From NCBI RefSeq assembly GCF_009834535.1, contig NC_045697.1, forward strand, positions 52,950,001 to 53,014,000: a stretch of DNA of 64,000 nucleotides, written 5' to 3'. This DNA comes from Camelus ferus. Taxonomy: Eukaryota. Each line of letters starts with the position of its first letter. The stretch's first letter is position 1. A model generated the notes under the pieces. The model searched no databases and was not told the origin of the DNA. It saw only the letters and a program-made list of their open reading frames with translations. A program made the position numbers and the translations under genes. Positions 12,568-24,614 of this stretch are shown in pieces.

Positions 12568-13698
12568 CATTTGAGGTTTTGTGAAGGAAGGGTAAAGGGA
12601 TTTGCTGATTTCAAGTCCTACATTTCTGGTTCCCTTTTTGGTTTTTAGAAATAAAGTTTGGTTTCCCAAAGGCAAGATGACTCTTCTTTAGTGTCCTTCA
12701 GGTCATGACTGAAGGAGGGTGGGTTAAGTGAGGGCAGAGATACGTCAAAACAAATGATAAAAGTAACTCACATGTCATGTCTTGTGAATTTTCTTTAAAG
12801 ATGTATAAAGTTAAGACTCTGATGTGAGTGACTAAAGTAAAACATGTTCAGAGGAACCAAAAAGCCAGGGGAAGGATATCTATGATAATGGCTACTTGGT
12901 TGAGTTTTTCACAAGTGGTTGGACCCTATATTTCATCATCCTATTTTGCTTCTTGCTCAAAATGAAGAAATGGAAGACTTCCTCCAGCCAACTGGATCAA
13001 TGCCCAACTACCCCCTAGAGAAATCTAACATAGGCTTTGAGACAGAAAAGCTTATAAGGCAAGTGTGTGTTAGCCTTGCTGGATTACCTCCTGTATTTGT
13101 CATCCTCAGATGTTATTTTCTTCTTAAATTTATCAACTAGTGTCATCACCAGGATATATCCACCCATTTTAGAATCAGCATATGATGACCACTAGACATA
13201 GGGCCTCACCATAGACATAGAACTGAGACAAGAGGGAATCACTTTCAGGGCCTGCCATCCCCACTGCATGCACCATAATCTTAGAGCTGACTTTAAAAGC
13301 GTAATCAATAACTTAGCAAGGGCACACAGAACAATTTCCTTATTGTAGGGAACTCAGCTCTGGTATCCATGTTTACAGAAGGATACCTGTGGTGGTGAGA
13401 TAAAGAGTCATATTCTATGGGGATGTCCCCTCCCCCTGTTTTTCACTCTATATTCTCAAATTCAGTAGATGTTTTTGTCCCACTGTACCTTTACATTTTA
13501 CATTACAGAGGTCTCAGATGATAAATTAAAAGCTGTGGTGCCTCATAGATGAAGATCTGTTGACATATCTGCCAAAAGAAATACATGATCCATGCATTTT
13601 GATGAAATATTGAAGTGAATGAATGTTTTACAATGACAGTATTTATATCTAGGTTTAAAAAATCATTTGAAAAAAGTAGTGAAACATAACAATGTAGT

Positions 13699-13704
13699 TT
13701 TATT
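13699..13704 (-). terminator. Candidate ENAM polyadenylation signal AATAAA
   Basis: tttatt on plus about 1.95 kb downstream of the ENAM stop, consistent with the long ENAM 3' UTR known in mammals. Confidence 0.5.
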
Positions 13705-14799
13705 TTGATGAGAATAATTCTTAAGAGAGTTTTAAATAGAATAAGTTAATAGTTTTTCAACATGTGATTAAAATCTGGTGGTGATGGATTTAAGCAACTA
13801 GTAGATGATGGATGGCCTAGATAATCTACCTTTAAGACCTCTTCTTACCCGAGATTCTACAATGCAAATGTTGCTGAATATATGAAGCTACAGAGTGTGG
13901 TGTCTCATTCAGCATCCCAGATGGTTTACCCGTTGGACAAGCACACTGTATTTTCAAGGGAGCTTTAAAAACTTTTAAGATCAATCAATCAATACATGTT
14001 TACTGACTATCTACTACATGCAAGACACTGGGCCAGGAACTTGGGAAGACTCAAAGGACAAGATTCCTTTCTTCAGGAAGTTTTCAACATTATATTTTCC
14101 CAAATGTCTTCTTGTGACATCTATCCCAGGAAATTTTCTCCTAAGAAACTCTTAAGAGTTAGAAGGCAACTTTCTGGATAATTCTGAGAATTCTTCCTCT
14201 CTAAGAAGGAGTATACAGAGAGTAGGCCAAAGTGCCATTAATAAAAACAGAACAAAACACCTGGATGTATTCTAAGCAAGGCAATATAGAAATATCTACT
14301 TTACAAAATAATTTACACTATTTAGTCAAGATACAAAGAAAATGTGTCTGTGAATAATTCTACCAGGACATGAAAAATAAGTCTTTATGTTAGTAGTGGC
14401 ATACACCAGTAGAATCACTTATACTGTACTACTAGAGAAAAATAAACACCGCGTGTTTCTCTTACTTGATTAGGATAATGTTACCCCAAATGTATTCTCT
14501 AGATCCTGCAGATTTTGAGTTGGTGATGGGGTATGGCAAGTCCTGCTCTTTTTGTTTGGATGCTCAGTTGCAGAGAGGGAGTCCTTCCCTTCCTACCTTC
14601 CTAAGCTTTGTCCCCAGGATACTGGTTCTGGGTAACTAGCCTCTCTTCCTTCTTCTTGACTGTGTTGTCTGGCTGAGCTGTGTCTACCTGGTAAAGGCCT
14701 TAAGAAAATTAAAAATAAAAGTAGGTATCAGTGTCCACTATTTCTGAAATATATTCTACAATGATGGTTAGGCTGGGCCAAGAGAAAAATTAGGATAGA

Positions 14800-15220
14800 A
14801 TTTAGAGGAGATACAAAGAGAGAGAGAGAGATGCAGTCTTAAGATACAAAAATGGTGTAAAGGGGAAAAGATAAATAGAAGGGAAGAAAGGAGTTAGAGA
14901 AGAAAGGGGTTGATTGACAAGGGATACATTGGGAGACAGAACAGAAAGCTGAGAAGAGAGGAAGACAAAATGGAGAAAGTAGATGTAAAGACAAGTGATG
15001 GTTAAAGGTAGCTTAGTATATAAGAAGTGATAGAGAGGGCAAGATGGGGAAGGAAAAAATAGAAAGCTAAATATAGAATGGTTGAGGAAGAAAAGAAGGA
15101 AGGAAGATAAAAAAGGAAATGATAAAGAGAAAGAAAGAGGTAGTGAAAGAAAAACAATTCCAAAAGAGAATATTAACCAGGAAAAAAAACTGACAAAGAC
15201 CAACACAAGAAAAAAAAGAG
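14800..15220. repeat. Purine-rich (GA) low-complexity tract, pyrimidine-rich in the ENAM 3' UTR sense
   Basis: about 420 bp dominated by A/G on the plus strand. Confidence 0.85.
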
Positions 15221-15653
15221 TACAGTGCATTAGGATTATACTAATGTATAGATCTCCATACATAAAATGGAAAGTTCATGCCGTTCGTCTTGCAAAACCA
15301 GACAATTTTACAAGTATGGAACTTTGAGAGAAAAAGGAAGAATCAGCAAGCAAAGGGAAACTAGTCCAGAACTTGGTGGCTTCCAAGTTCAAGGCAGTGG
15401 TGGTCTTAGCCTTCCTGCTGTTTTTTTGTTTTTTTTTTGTTTTTTTTTGTTTTTTTAGGTCAGTGCTAATTAGTCACAGTACTGGATCTAGCAACCCTCA
15501 GAGGCCCAACCTTCTATTAGTGGGAATGGGGAAAAACTTAAGGATCTCCAAGAGAGTGAAATACTAATTGAGTCTTGTGGGGGAAATGTCTGGAAACCAC
15601 TGTAGCATAGCAGGTATTTTCCTTCCCCAAAGAATGCTTGGTTGAGATAATCC

Positions 15654-18494
15654 CTAGGCCTGAAGTAGTAAGCAGTCTTGCACCTGGTCCTGTGGATTGG
15701 CCCCTATTTGAAGAGAATCTAATGGAGTTTGTTCATCTGCATTAAGTGGGTCTACATTTATATTCTGAAACTGTGCCCCAGTAGCTAACCTGGCCAATGA
15801 GTTAGGAATTTCAGTAGGCATAATTGGATCCCCATCAAATGAGCCTTGCCTTCCAATGCTAGATGGAGTTACAGTGCTGGAGGTGTGATACTTTGCTAAT
15901 TCGGAGCCAAAACATGGTAACTGTAGGATGCTAGATGGTCTTTGTTGCTGCCTTTCACCCTCATTTTCTTGGACTTCACCTGGGATTCCTTCTGGCTTGG
16001 GACCTTCTTCAGGTGTACCAATAACAAGCTGCTCAGGAGTAAGGTCAACAGTTCTTTCATTGAACTGGTTGCCTTCAAATATTTGTTCCAAAACATTGTT
16101 CCCATCTCCCCCAAGATCACTTTTGAGGCAAGGTATATTCTTTGATTGAAGGGAACTGGCTTCAGGAAAGGGCATAATTCCCCTTTGGCTCAATTGATTC
16201 TTTACAGAACATGGTGTGTTCCTCCTCAGAGTGGATACATCATCTCTGAAAGGACTTGGGTTTTGACTTTCCCCAGGCAGTCTTTTCTCTGAGCTGTTTC
16301 TTTGTCCAGGCAGGATACTCATCGGGGAGGTAGTATATCTTGCATGCTTAGTATGACTATCTTCTGTATACACAGGGCTGGTGTCTTGGTTCTCCCCTGG
16401 TGCAAGACCAAAAGATGGAGTGTAGTGTTGCAGAGCAAGTAGATTGTTCTTGAGTCCTATTGAGGCACCAGCACAGCAAGGGCTTTTCTGGCTTAGGTGA
16501 AATAAATGTGCTTCTTTTTGTCCTGCTGGGTAACTTGGAGGAATTAACTCTGGGAAAGCCAGATATTCTCTCTGTGGTGAATTTAACCTAGTAATTTGTA
16601 TGTCATAATTCAAATTCTCACCTTCATGCCATGTTGGATTTTTCTGAAGCCCAGCTGGGGAATTACTGGAATAGGGCTTGTTCTCCTGGTGTAGTGAACT
16701 AGTGGGGACTTTGTGTAAATTTGTTGTCTGATCCCAGAAATTTCTGTTAAAATATGGTCTTATTTCTTTCTGCCCTTGGGCTTGAATCCTTTGGTCCCAG
16801 GAGTTCCAGTAAGGAAATCTAGTGCTTTCTTCTTGTTCAGCAGCATTATTAACATAATAGCCCCTGCTCTCCACTGGTGGTGGTACAGTGGGAGCTATAT
16901 TATATGACAGAAAATTCTCATCTGGGTTCCAGGGGTAAAATTCACCATAAGGAAGATCCTCCCTGGGTTTTGATGGATTATCTAGATAATAGGGAAGGTA
17001 TTCTTTTGGTTGATTTGAGGTATATTGTTGTTTGCCTTCATAGGTCCTAACTGTTGGGCCTCCTTTAAAACTTGACTCCTCCACACCCCATCTGCTTTGT
17101 CCTGGGAAAGGTTCATCCCCAGTTGTATCAGTTGGGTCTTCTTCATTGTAATGGATCGTCTCTTTTGGATCTGGAGTGTTCATGGGGTAGTGTGGATTTT
17201 CAGGCTGTCTCACTGTATTGGGTGAGTCATCTCTTTCACCCCAGGTATTACTTCTAAGGTATGGTGAATTTCCCCTGGGATCATAGGGGCGATAGTCAGG
17301 GTAGTAAACACGTCCTCTTGAGCCATGGGAAAGATGAGATAAGTGTTCTTCCTGCTTCCCAGGATCTTCCTTAAAAGGTGGAGAGATTTCTTGTTGGTTC
17401 CAAGTATTCCTTCCAGTAGGAAAACGTTCCCTTGCAGGGGAAGGGATTCCCTCAGGATACACAGGCTGATAGGTATTTTGCGTTAATTCTGGCTGTTTAG
17501 TTTCTGATTCATATGGTATTCTTCTTGGCTCTAAAATAATCCCTTTGGGCAAATTCTGGCTTTGGATTTGTCCTTCAGAATTTGGGGCTCTTTTGGAATC
17601 TCCTCTCGGGTAATAAGAATTTTGATCTATAGAATTAAAATTTGGGGCTAGCATGTTGCCCTCAGGGTGAGGCAATTTATAGTTTGATTTATTAACTCCA
17701 TAATCTTGAGAGTTTCTCCAGGGACCATTTGGATCCATTGTAGGAGTGACTGTTCTTTCTTTTTGACTTACTGGATTCTCTCTTGGATTTTGGATGTTTT
17801 CATTACCACCAACAGTACCATGTTTAGGATCCAGAGGGGCAACATTGGTTCCCATAGGGTATTTATTTGGCCCCTGCGGCTTTCTTCTGAAATTCACTGG
17901 GTTTCCTGCATAATTGAGAGCATTGCCTCTTGCAGTAGAAGCATAAGCTTTGCGATATAATGGATATCCTGGATGAACTGCTTGTTTGCCTTCCAAAGCA
18001 AAGGAGTTCCACCGAGGACCCCTTTGAATTTGTTGATTTCGGTAAAAAGGCCCATTCTGCCTGTGCCCCATGGCAGTACCAGTAGGATGCCATTGTCTTC
18101 TTGCAGGAAAACTTCGAATGTTAGGATTTGGATAATTTTCATGAAAATTTGTCTGACTTGGTCCCCATGGGGTTTGACTTCTTGGAACTCCCTGGCCTGA
18201 AACATTAACTACAGGGCCATTTTGAGCTGTAGGGTTGCTCACAGTGTTAGGCCCCTGGCCACTGTTTCCTGATGGGCTGGTGTCATTTCCACTCTGACCC
18301 CCTCTGGGATTGGGTGCATTTGGTTGGGTGGAATTAGTCTCAGGAACTGTTGAATTAGTTGAAGGTTCGGTGGCTGGACTTTCTGTTTTAGGAGGATCTT
18401 CTTCTTTGGGTTTTTCAAAATCTTCAAACATCTCTTCTGAATAATAAGGACGGCCCCCAAATCCATGAAATCCAAAATATCCAAAGAAAGGATT
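15654..18494 (-). CDS. ENAM: ENAM last (large) coding exon NPFFGYFGFHGFGGRPYYSEEMFEDFEKP...QDCLLLQA*
   Basis: acceptor ctacag|AAT at 18494; extends ORF 15654..18431 by 21 codons; NST/NST/NDT sequons of the 32-kDa fragment; RGD at 17598-17606. Confidence 0.98.
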   Translation of the reverse strand, partial: NPFFGYFGFHGFGGRPYYSEEMFEDFEKPKEEDPPKTESPATEPSTNSTVPETNSTQPNAPNPRGGQSGNDTSPSGNSGQGPNTVSNPTAQNGPVVNVSGQGVPRSQTPWGPSQTNFHENYPNPNIRSFPARRQWHPTGTAMGHRQNGPFYRNQQIQRGPRWNSFALEGKQAVHPGYPLYRKAYASTARGNALNYAGNPVNFRRKPQGPNKYPMGTNVAPLDPKHGTVGGNENIQNPRENPVSQKERTVTPTMDPNGPWRNSQDYGVNKSNYKLPHPEGNMLAPNFNSIDQNSYYPRGDSKRAPNSEGQIQSQNLPKGIILEPRRIPYESETKQPELTQNTYQPVYPEGIPSPARERFPTGRNTWNQQEISPPFKEDPGKQEEHLSHLSHGSRGRVYYPDYRPYDPRGNSPYLRSNTWGERDDSPNTVRQPENPHYPMNTPDPKETIHYNEEDPTDTTGDEPFPGQSRWGVEESSFKGGPTVRTYEGKQQYTSNQPKEYLPYYLDNPSKPREDLPYGEFYPWNPDENFLSYNIAPTVPPPVESRGYYVNNAAEQEESTRFPYWNSWDQRIQAQGQKEIRPYFNRNFWDQTTNLHKVPTSSLHQENKPYSSNSPAGLQKNPTWHEGENLNYDIQITRLNSPQREYLAFPELIPPSYPAGQKEAHLFHLSQKSPCCAGASIGLKNNLLALQHYTPSFGLAPGENQDTSPVYTEDSHTKHARYTTSPMSILPGQRNSSEKRLPGESQNPSPFRDDVSTLRRNTPCSVKNQLSQRGIMPFPEASSLQSKNIPCLKSDLGGDGNNVLEQIFEGNQFNERTVDLTPEQLVIGTPEEGPKPEGIPGEVQENEGERQQQRPSSILQLPCFGSELAKYHTSSTVTPSSIGRQGSFDGDPIMPTEIPNSLARLATGAQFQNINVDPLNADEQTPLDSLQIGANPQDQVQDCLLLQA

Positions 18495-19719
18495 CTGTAG
18501 GGAAGAAGATGGAAATCGATAATTACTCTTTGTTTCCTACTATGGTGCTTCTCGGAATTTTTGAAAGTGATAGAAAAATCTTATTAGCGCATACTTCTTT
18601 TAACACCAGCGGCTATGCTTTCTTTCTTGAAATTTGATTCCTCCTTGGTTCCATGACCCCTCTGCCCCTTCTGGTTCTCTCGTCTGGTACTCTAACTTTC
18701 TGACCATTACTTCTCAATTTTCTCTTCCTAGGCCTGGAGTCTAAGGTTTTGTTTGTTTGTTTGTGTTTGTTTTTTTTTAGGATTCCATCCTCTATCCACC
18801 GTATTATTCTGTTCTCATTTTACACACCTGCTTTGAGCAATCTCTTGCAGGCCAATTCTTTCAATAAGATATGTGCCAGTGACTCCTAAAACTATAACTC
18901 TGACCCATGACAGTGTCTCCTGAGGTTGAGACAGCAAGACTGCTACACTAAATATCTTACATGTACCTCCAACTGGATGTACACAGACTGGACTCATCTT
19001 CCCCAAAACCTCATTCTCCAGTATTCTCTATCTAAGCAGCATTCACCACTGTCCACCCACTTTCCCAAGTTTCCACTCTCTCCTGTATTTCCCCCAGACA
19101 ATTAATAACCAGATCCTATAAAATCTAAAGTTTCATCCTTGTCCCCTCTCCTTTATTCCCAATACCCCTGAATTATTCTAACAATTTTCTTACTAGTTTC
19201 TCTGGATATAATTTTACTTTCCTCTAATCTTGCCTCTCCGTTGCCATCAGAGTAGTGGAGTAGTAGTGGGGGTGGGTGTGTGGGAAAGTTCTGTCACTTT
19301 CCTCCTTAAATATTAATTAAAGTTGTCCTTACTTTACAGGATTAACTGTAAACCATAACATAACACAAAGCATGGGGCTAAAGAGTGGGGCTTTAGACAA
19401 ATATAGGTTAAAATCCCTATTCCACCAGTACTAGTAGGATGACTCTGGGCTGACCTCAGTTTATTCATCTGTAAAATGCAGACAATCAAATAATATCTTT
19501 CTCAGGGGTTATCATGAGGGTCAAATGAAGTAACGTATGTAAAGCTCGGTGCCTGCTACTTAGGAAGTGCCTGACAAGTGTTATATATTATATATTATTA
19601 TTATTATTATTATTTTAAATAATCATCTGGCCCATAACAATTATATCCAGCCTCATTTCCTCCCCTTGTTCTTTATGCGGTTGTAAATCACAACTAGTTG
19701 TAGCACTATTCTCAATGAT

Positions 19720-20075
19720 ATTCAAAAAGAAGGAGACCCTGAATATGTACCAACATGGGTGAACCTTGAGGACATTATGCTAAGAGATAAGCCAGTCACA
19801 GAAAGATGAATACTGCATGATTCCATTATATGAGGTATCTGAAACAGTCACATTCATAAAATGAAAAAGTGGAATGGTGATTGTCAAGGGCTGGAGGGAG
19901 GGGGAAGTGGGGTGTTACTAATCAATGGGCTTAAAGTTTCAGTTAAGCAAGATGAATAAGCTCTTGAGATCTGCTGTAGAACATTGTACCTATAGGCAAC
20001 AGTGCTGTATTGTATACTTCAGAATTTGTTGAGAGGGTAAATTAAGTGTCCTTACTACAATAAATAATAATTTTA
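19720..20075 (+). mobile_element. L1MB-type 3' end in the last ENAM intron
   Basis: acatgggtgaaccttgaggacattatgctaagagataagccagtcacagaaag...caataaaataataa. Confidence 0.85.
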
Positions 20076-21321
20076 AAAAGTCACAACTACTACAAGCTCT
20101 CTGAGTACACCGTTCTTTGTTCCAGTTCCTTTGCACATGGCCTCTTCAGACTGAACTTTCTCTTCACCTACACATTTATCCCTCCTGGAGAACTTGATTC
20201 ATCTTCAGGACTCAGCTTGAATGCTCCCTTCTCTGTCCTGGCTTCCTTGGGCAGAATTAGGCTCTACTCCTGGATGTCCACAGAAGTATAGACTTCTGCT
20301 CTGGCAATTATCCTGCTGAATTTTGGTTGCCTATTTTTCTGGGATTCTCCCACTTGACTCTCCCATGTGAAGTTTTTGTGTGAAAGCATTCTTCTCATTT
20401 TTGTTTTCCCCAGCACTTTATCACAGTGGGAATTGCTTAGTAAATGTTTGGTTAATGAATGATGTAATCCTCATGAGCTCTGTCAGTCAGTGTGTTTGTT
20501 AGACATTTGGGTCATTTAGTTTTTCTTTTAAAACAAATGCAATCTAGAGATAAAGTATTTTAATCCTTATCTGTGAATAGAGATGAAGAGACAGATGGGT
20601 GAGGATATGTCTCTGACAGCATGCAGGAAATCAGGCAGTGTCCCCAGGAGATGGAATACAGATTTCTTAATTCCTGTGCTAACTGCCTGCTTCACTGTCC
20701 CGTGAAACGTTTGTGAAAATCTGAACCCGTTTCTAGGTTGCATACACTTGTTTGAATAATTTTTATTGGGGATTATTTGACAAGATACATCTGAAAGCAC
20801 CTTATGCCGTTACTGACGTAGGAGTTTTCAATGTCATTATTTTGACTACTTGCCCCTCAGCCCCCATGCTCCAGAGCTGTCAGTTTTCTGTATTTCACTG
20901 GTGACGTAGCAGTTATTCAGGGAGAAAGACGAAGTTTGCTCTAGGGGTCGGGTGCTGTGCCACAATCACTGCAATGGCTTTTTTGATGACACAGTGCCAG
21001 AATATTTAAACAGTGTATCACTCTGTGACATGAATCTGGCCCCTCTCCTAGTGTGGTGTCCTAAAAAAACATTGGACAGAATATCAGAGGACTTAGGTTT
21101 TGGGTCCAGTTTATCAATTGGCTCAGTAGGTGAAATTGGATAGTAATTTATCTTCTCTAGGCTTCAATTTATTTGTACAATGAGGGCATTAAGTGATTAC
21201 TTAACTCCCTCCAAGGGATAACATTCTAAGATAATTTTACTTCATTCCTGTTCACTAGTTGTCCCATCACTGTTTAGAGTCCAGCATCAACCCTGAGCAA
21301 AAGTTATTAGATTAGCCTTCT

Positions 21322-21322
21322 T

Positions 21323-21352
<30 letters not shown>
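21322..21352. repeat. (GA)n microsatellite
   Basis: directly visible. Confidence 0.9.
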
Positions 21353-21353
<1 letters not shown>

Positions 21354-21586
21354 TAAGGAGACTGAGAGAGAGAGTGATTTTAATACATGTAGAGGATAAA
21401 TGATATATCACATTTATTTTATTTTAGGTTACTGACTTGGTTTGTTTCACTTCTTTTTAAAATCATGACTACTTGAGTTACAGGTTCATGTGTTGGATTT
21501 TAACTTTCTTATTAGATGGGGATCCAACAAGCAGAGACTTTCGGATTGTAATTCCTAATGAGAAATACAGCTTTGTTTGTACTTAC

Positions 21587-21637
21587 CCCGCCTTCTTCAT
21601 TGCTGACTGCTGGACGTCCATAGCCTGTTGGTACCCT
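21587..21637 (-). CDS. ENAM: ENAM coding exon RVPTGYGRPAVSNEEGG (51 nt)
   Basis: tttcag|AGG...GGG|gtaagt. Confidence 0.96.
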
Positions 21638-21910
21638 CTGAAAGGTGAAAAACACAATGAACACAGAGAAAACCACTTTCTATGCTGCTATTTGTAAAGC
21701 TCAAGGTGTTTTAAAAATAGTTCAAGTCAGTGTTAGCACTGTTACTGCCTTTTAGCTTATGAGTCATTAGCTCTTACAATCTAGTGATTAATAATTATGA
21801 CATAACCATCAGTGAATACAAAGGCTTCAGTGGGATCCTAGGTTATCTTACTCAAAATACCATGTGAGGCTGCATCTCCTCACAGTTGCCCTGCCCCATC
21901 ACCAATACCT

Positions 21911-21941
21911 ACACACGCGTGCGCACACACACACACACACA
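21911..21941. repeat. (CA)n microsatellite with CG interruptions
   Basis: directly visible. Confidence 0.9.
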
Positions 21942-23060
21942 GATTTGAGTGGTATTAAGATCCAAACATCCATATTTGAATATCTAATAATAGAGATTAA
22001 ATAATGATGTTATTTTGAGAATGTACTTCACATTTAAGGTGACAAATTGATAATTCTTTCTGGATTATTACTATAATATTTTATTTATGTTTATTTTTTA
22101 TTATTAAATGTAATATTTAATAAACCAAGGTTTATTTTCCAAATCAAACTTGGAGGCTGAGTTTCTTCTCAGGGGAGGGTTTAGAAAATTAGTTCCGCTC
22201 CCACAGACTTTCAAGAAGTTCTGTGCAGGTGAGATTAATAGCTATTTCAGCAAGAGAACCGTGTTTACGTGCTCTTTAACTCTTCGCCTGGTACTGCTTT
22301 AGTTTTCTCAGTTCAGTATTACTGGTTAAAAGGATGTCACTCTTTTTAAGGAAAAAAAAAGTAGAGAACTTTTACTGCTTGAAATGAATTGTTCCTTAGT
22401 GATAAGAAGCCTCTTGCTTGTAAAGTTGTAGACAAGGAAGACCAATGCCATAGCTGAATGAAGAGTCATCAAATATTTATTGTTGTTGTTGTTATTAATT
22501 TAACTTCACCTGGCCTTTAATATTTATTTAGTTCAAATAGTGTATTTTTTGATTCTTACTTTAAATGCTTGTCATGCGATTTCAATATTATGCTTTAATG
22601 ATTTTAAACTTTAAAGGATTCTTGTAATTATTATGTTACACAATTCTTTATAATGAAATATCTTTGACTAGAAATAATAAGATATAATGGAAAAATCTTA
22701 TTCTGATTCATAGCTCATCTTATGATTTTCAAACTCCATTTTGTCCCATTTTTCCTGTTACACTAAATGAGGATAATCCTTGTGTTTTCTAATCTCTTAG
22801 GTGAGGAATAGTAATAAAGGAGCATAGCCCTTTAAAATTAATTCATTAACTAAGTTAGTAGTAGTGTTGGGTCATTTAGGCTGTGTTCATCTCACCAATT
22901 TGAGTACAAATTCTTTTTTTCCTACTGATGTGATGATTTTGTTTCATACTCTCTTCTGATTGGCATATGGCATTTCATTTAGAACATATGAATTCAGATT
23001 AGTATGGGACAGAACATGCTAATATTATTTTTCATTTCTAGCATAAGGGAAAAAACTCAC

Positions 23061-23123
23061 GTGTGGAACATGCCACGGTGGCTGTTGGTAGGGAAATAGC
23101 CCATTGCCGAATGGTAGGAATGC
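23061..23123 (-). CDS. ENAM: ENAM coding exon AFLPFGNGLFPYQQPPWHVPH (63 nt)
   Basis: ctctag|GCA...CAC|gtgagt. Confidence 0.96.
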
Positions 23124-23340
23124 CTAGAGAGAACAGAAGAATCAGGTTGATGTGGAAATGAGAAGAGCAGATGAAAAATGAAACAAACTTTTTAATTAAA
23201 GACAATTATTTGAAACTTGGAAATCTACGTTTTCTTTTGCTTTTAACTGTGAATTTTTTAAAGGACAGAGATAATAATAATAACAATAATTAGTATTATT
23301 GAGCACTTATGTTCTAGGTACTGTGCTGAGCATTTTATAT

Positions 23341-23793
23341 ATGCATATTTTTGATTTTATTGAAGTGTAGTTGATTTACAGCCTTAGTTTCAGGTGTATA
23401 GCAAAGTGATTCAGTTGTACACATACATACATATATATTTTTTCTTTTCAGATCCTTTTCTATTATATGTTATTATAAGAAATTGAATATAGTTCCCTGT
23501 GCTATAAAGTAGGTCCTTGATTTTTATCTGTTTTATATACAGTTATGTGTGTCTGTTAATCCCCAGCCCCTAATTTACCCCTCCCTGCCCTTTCCTCTTT
23601 GGTAACCATAGTTTTTTTTTTTTTTTTAACACTTTTATTGTGGTATGGTTCCTGTGCAGTAACCTACATATTTCAAATGTACAGTTTGATGAATTTTGAT
23701 AGATGTGCACACCAATGAAACCACTACCACGATCAAGATAGCTAACATTTCCATCACTCCCTAAGAAGTGCCATTTTTGAATTCCCAATTTAT
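23341..23793 (-). mobile_element. Composite L1-derived insertion (two different L1 3' ends separated by poly-T) flanked by a 14-bp duplication, interrupting a MIR
   Basis: TGAGCATTTTATAT at 23327-23340 and 23794-23807; MIR halves at about 23290-23330 and 23808-23955. Confidence 0.8.
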
Positions 23794-24614
23794 TGAGCAT
23801 TTTATATTGGTAAGCTCATTTAATCCTCGCATAACCACAGAAGATATGTGCTATTATTATCCCTATTTCACTGTAGATTCTGAGGTTCAGAGAAGTTAAG
23901 TCACTTGCCCCAAATCTCATATCTGGTAAATGATTGAAGCCAGAATTCAAATCCAAAAATGTCCTTTGATTCAGTTTTGTATTCTCTACATCTATAATAG
24001 TGTTTGATAATGAATGTTAGTTGACTAAAAGAGTATTTTAGAAGCTCCACACTGAATGAGATCTTGAGAAACCATCTGCATTTAAGTCAGGACTTTAAGT
24101 CAGGACTACACTCATGCAATCCTGAAGTCCTGGAAGCAGTGTTAACTTTCAGGGCAATATTTTAGATCATCAAAACATAGATCTGGAAGGGACTTAGAGC
24201 ATATTTCATTTACTCATGATGAACCTGGAGTCTATAAAGGCAAAGTGACTTGCTCGAGATAATACAACTAATAAGGGCTGGGATAGAATTCAAATCTCTG
24301 TTCTCTGACTCTTCTATTGGTGCTCATGTTTATACCATGTTGCCCCTGTATTTTAAAAGGAGTTTCTTTAGGGTGACAGTGTTTGGGTAACTTTTAATCA
24401 GATGAAGGCTGGAATAAACTTGCTAGGCAGTTTTGGATAGGTGGTGACAGCATCACCTTGGAAAAAGTGTCAAAACTAGTGATTCTGTTTCATACATAGC
24501 AGTACCCACATTGAGGAGCATTGGAGGAAGTGTGTTTGTAGGGGCTGCATGGCCTCCCAGTCCCTCTGAGACCATTTATGACTCTGGTTTGGAATTTTAG
24601 TGGGCAAGCCTCAC

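Noticed and set aside
14802..15327. 153-aa hydrophobic ORF (-) and Lys/Glu-rich 81-aa ORF (+)
   Set aside because: By-products of the low-complexity purine tract, which is poor in stop codons; no domain-like content
15896..18484. Multiple antisense and alternate-frame ORFs over the large ENAM exon (similar ones at 24578-25023, 46916-47677, 51370-51651)
   Set aside because: Shadows of real coding exons; short, with no independent evidence
24081..24106. Tandem 13-bp duplication TTTAAGTCAGGAC x2
   Set aside because: Ordinary local slippage duplication in an intron
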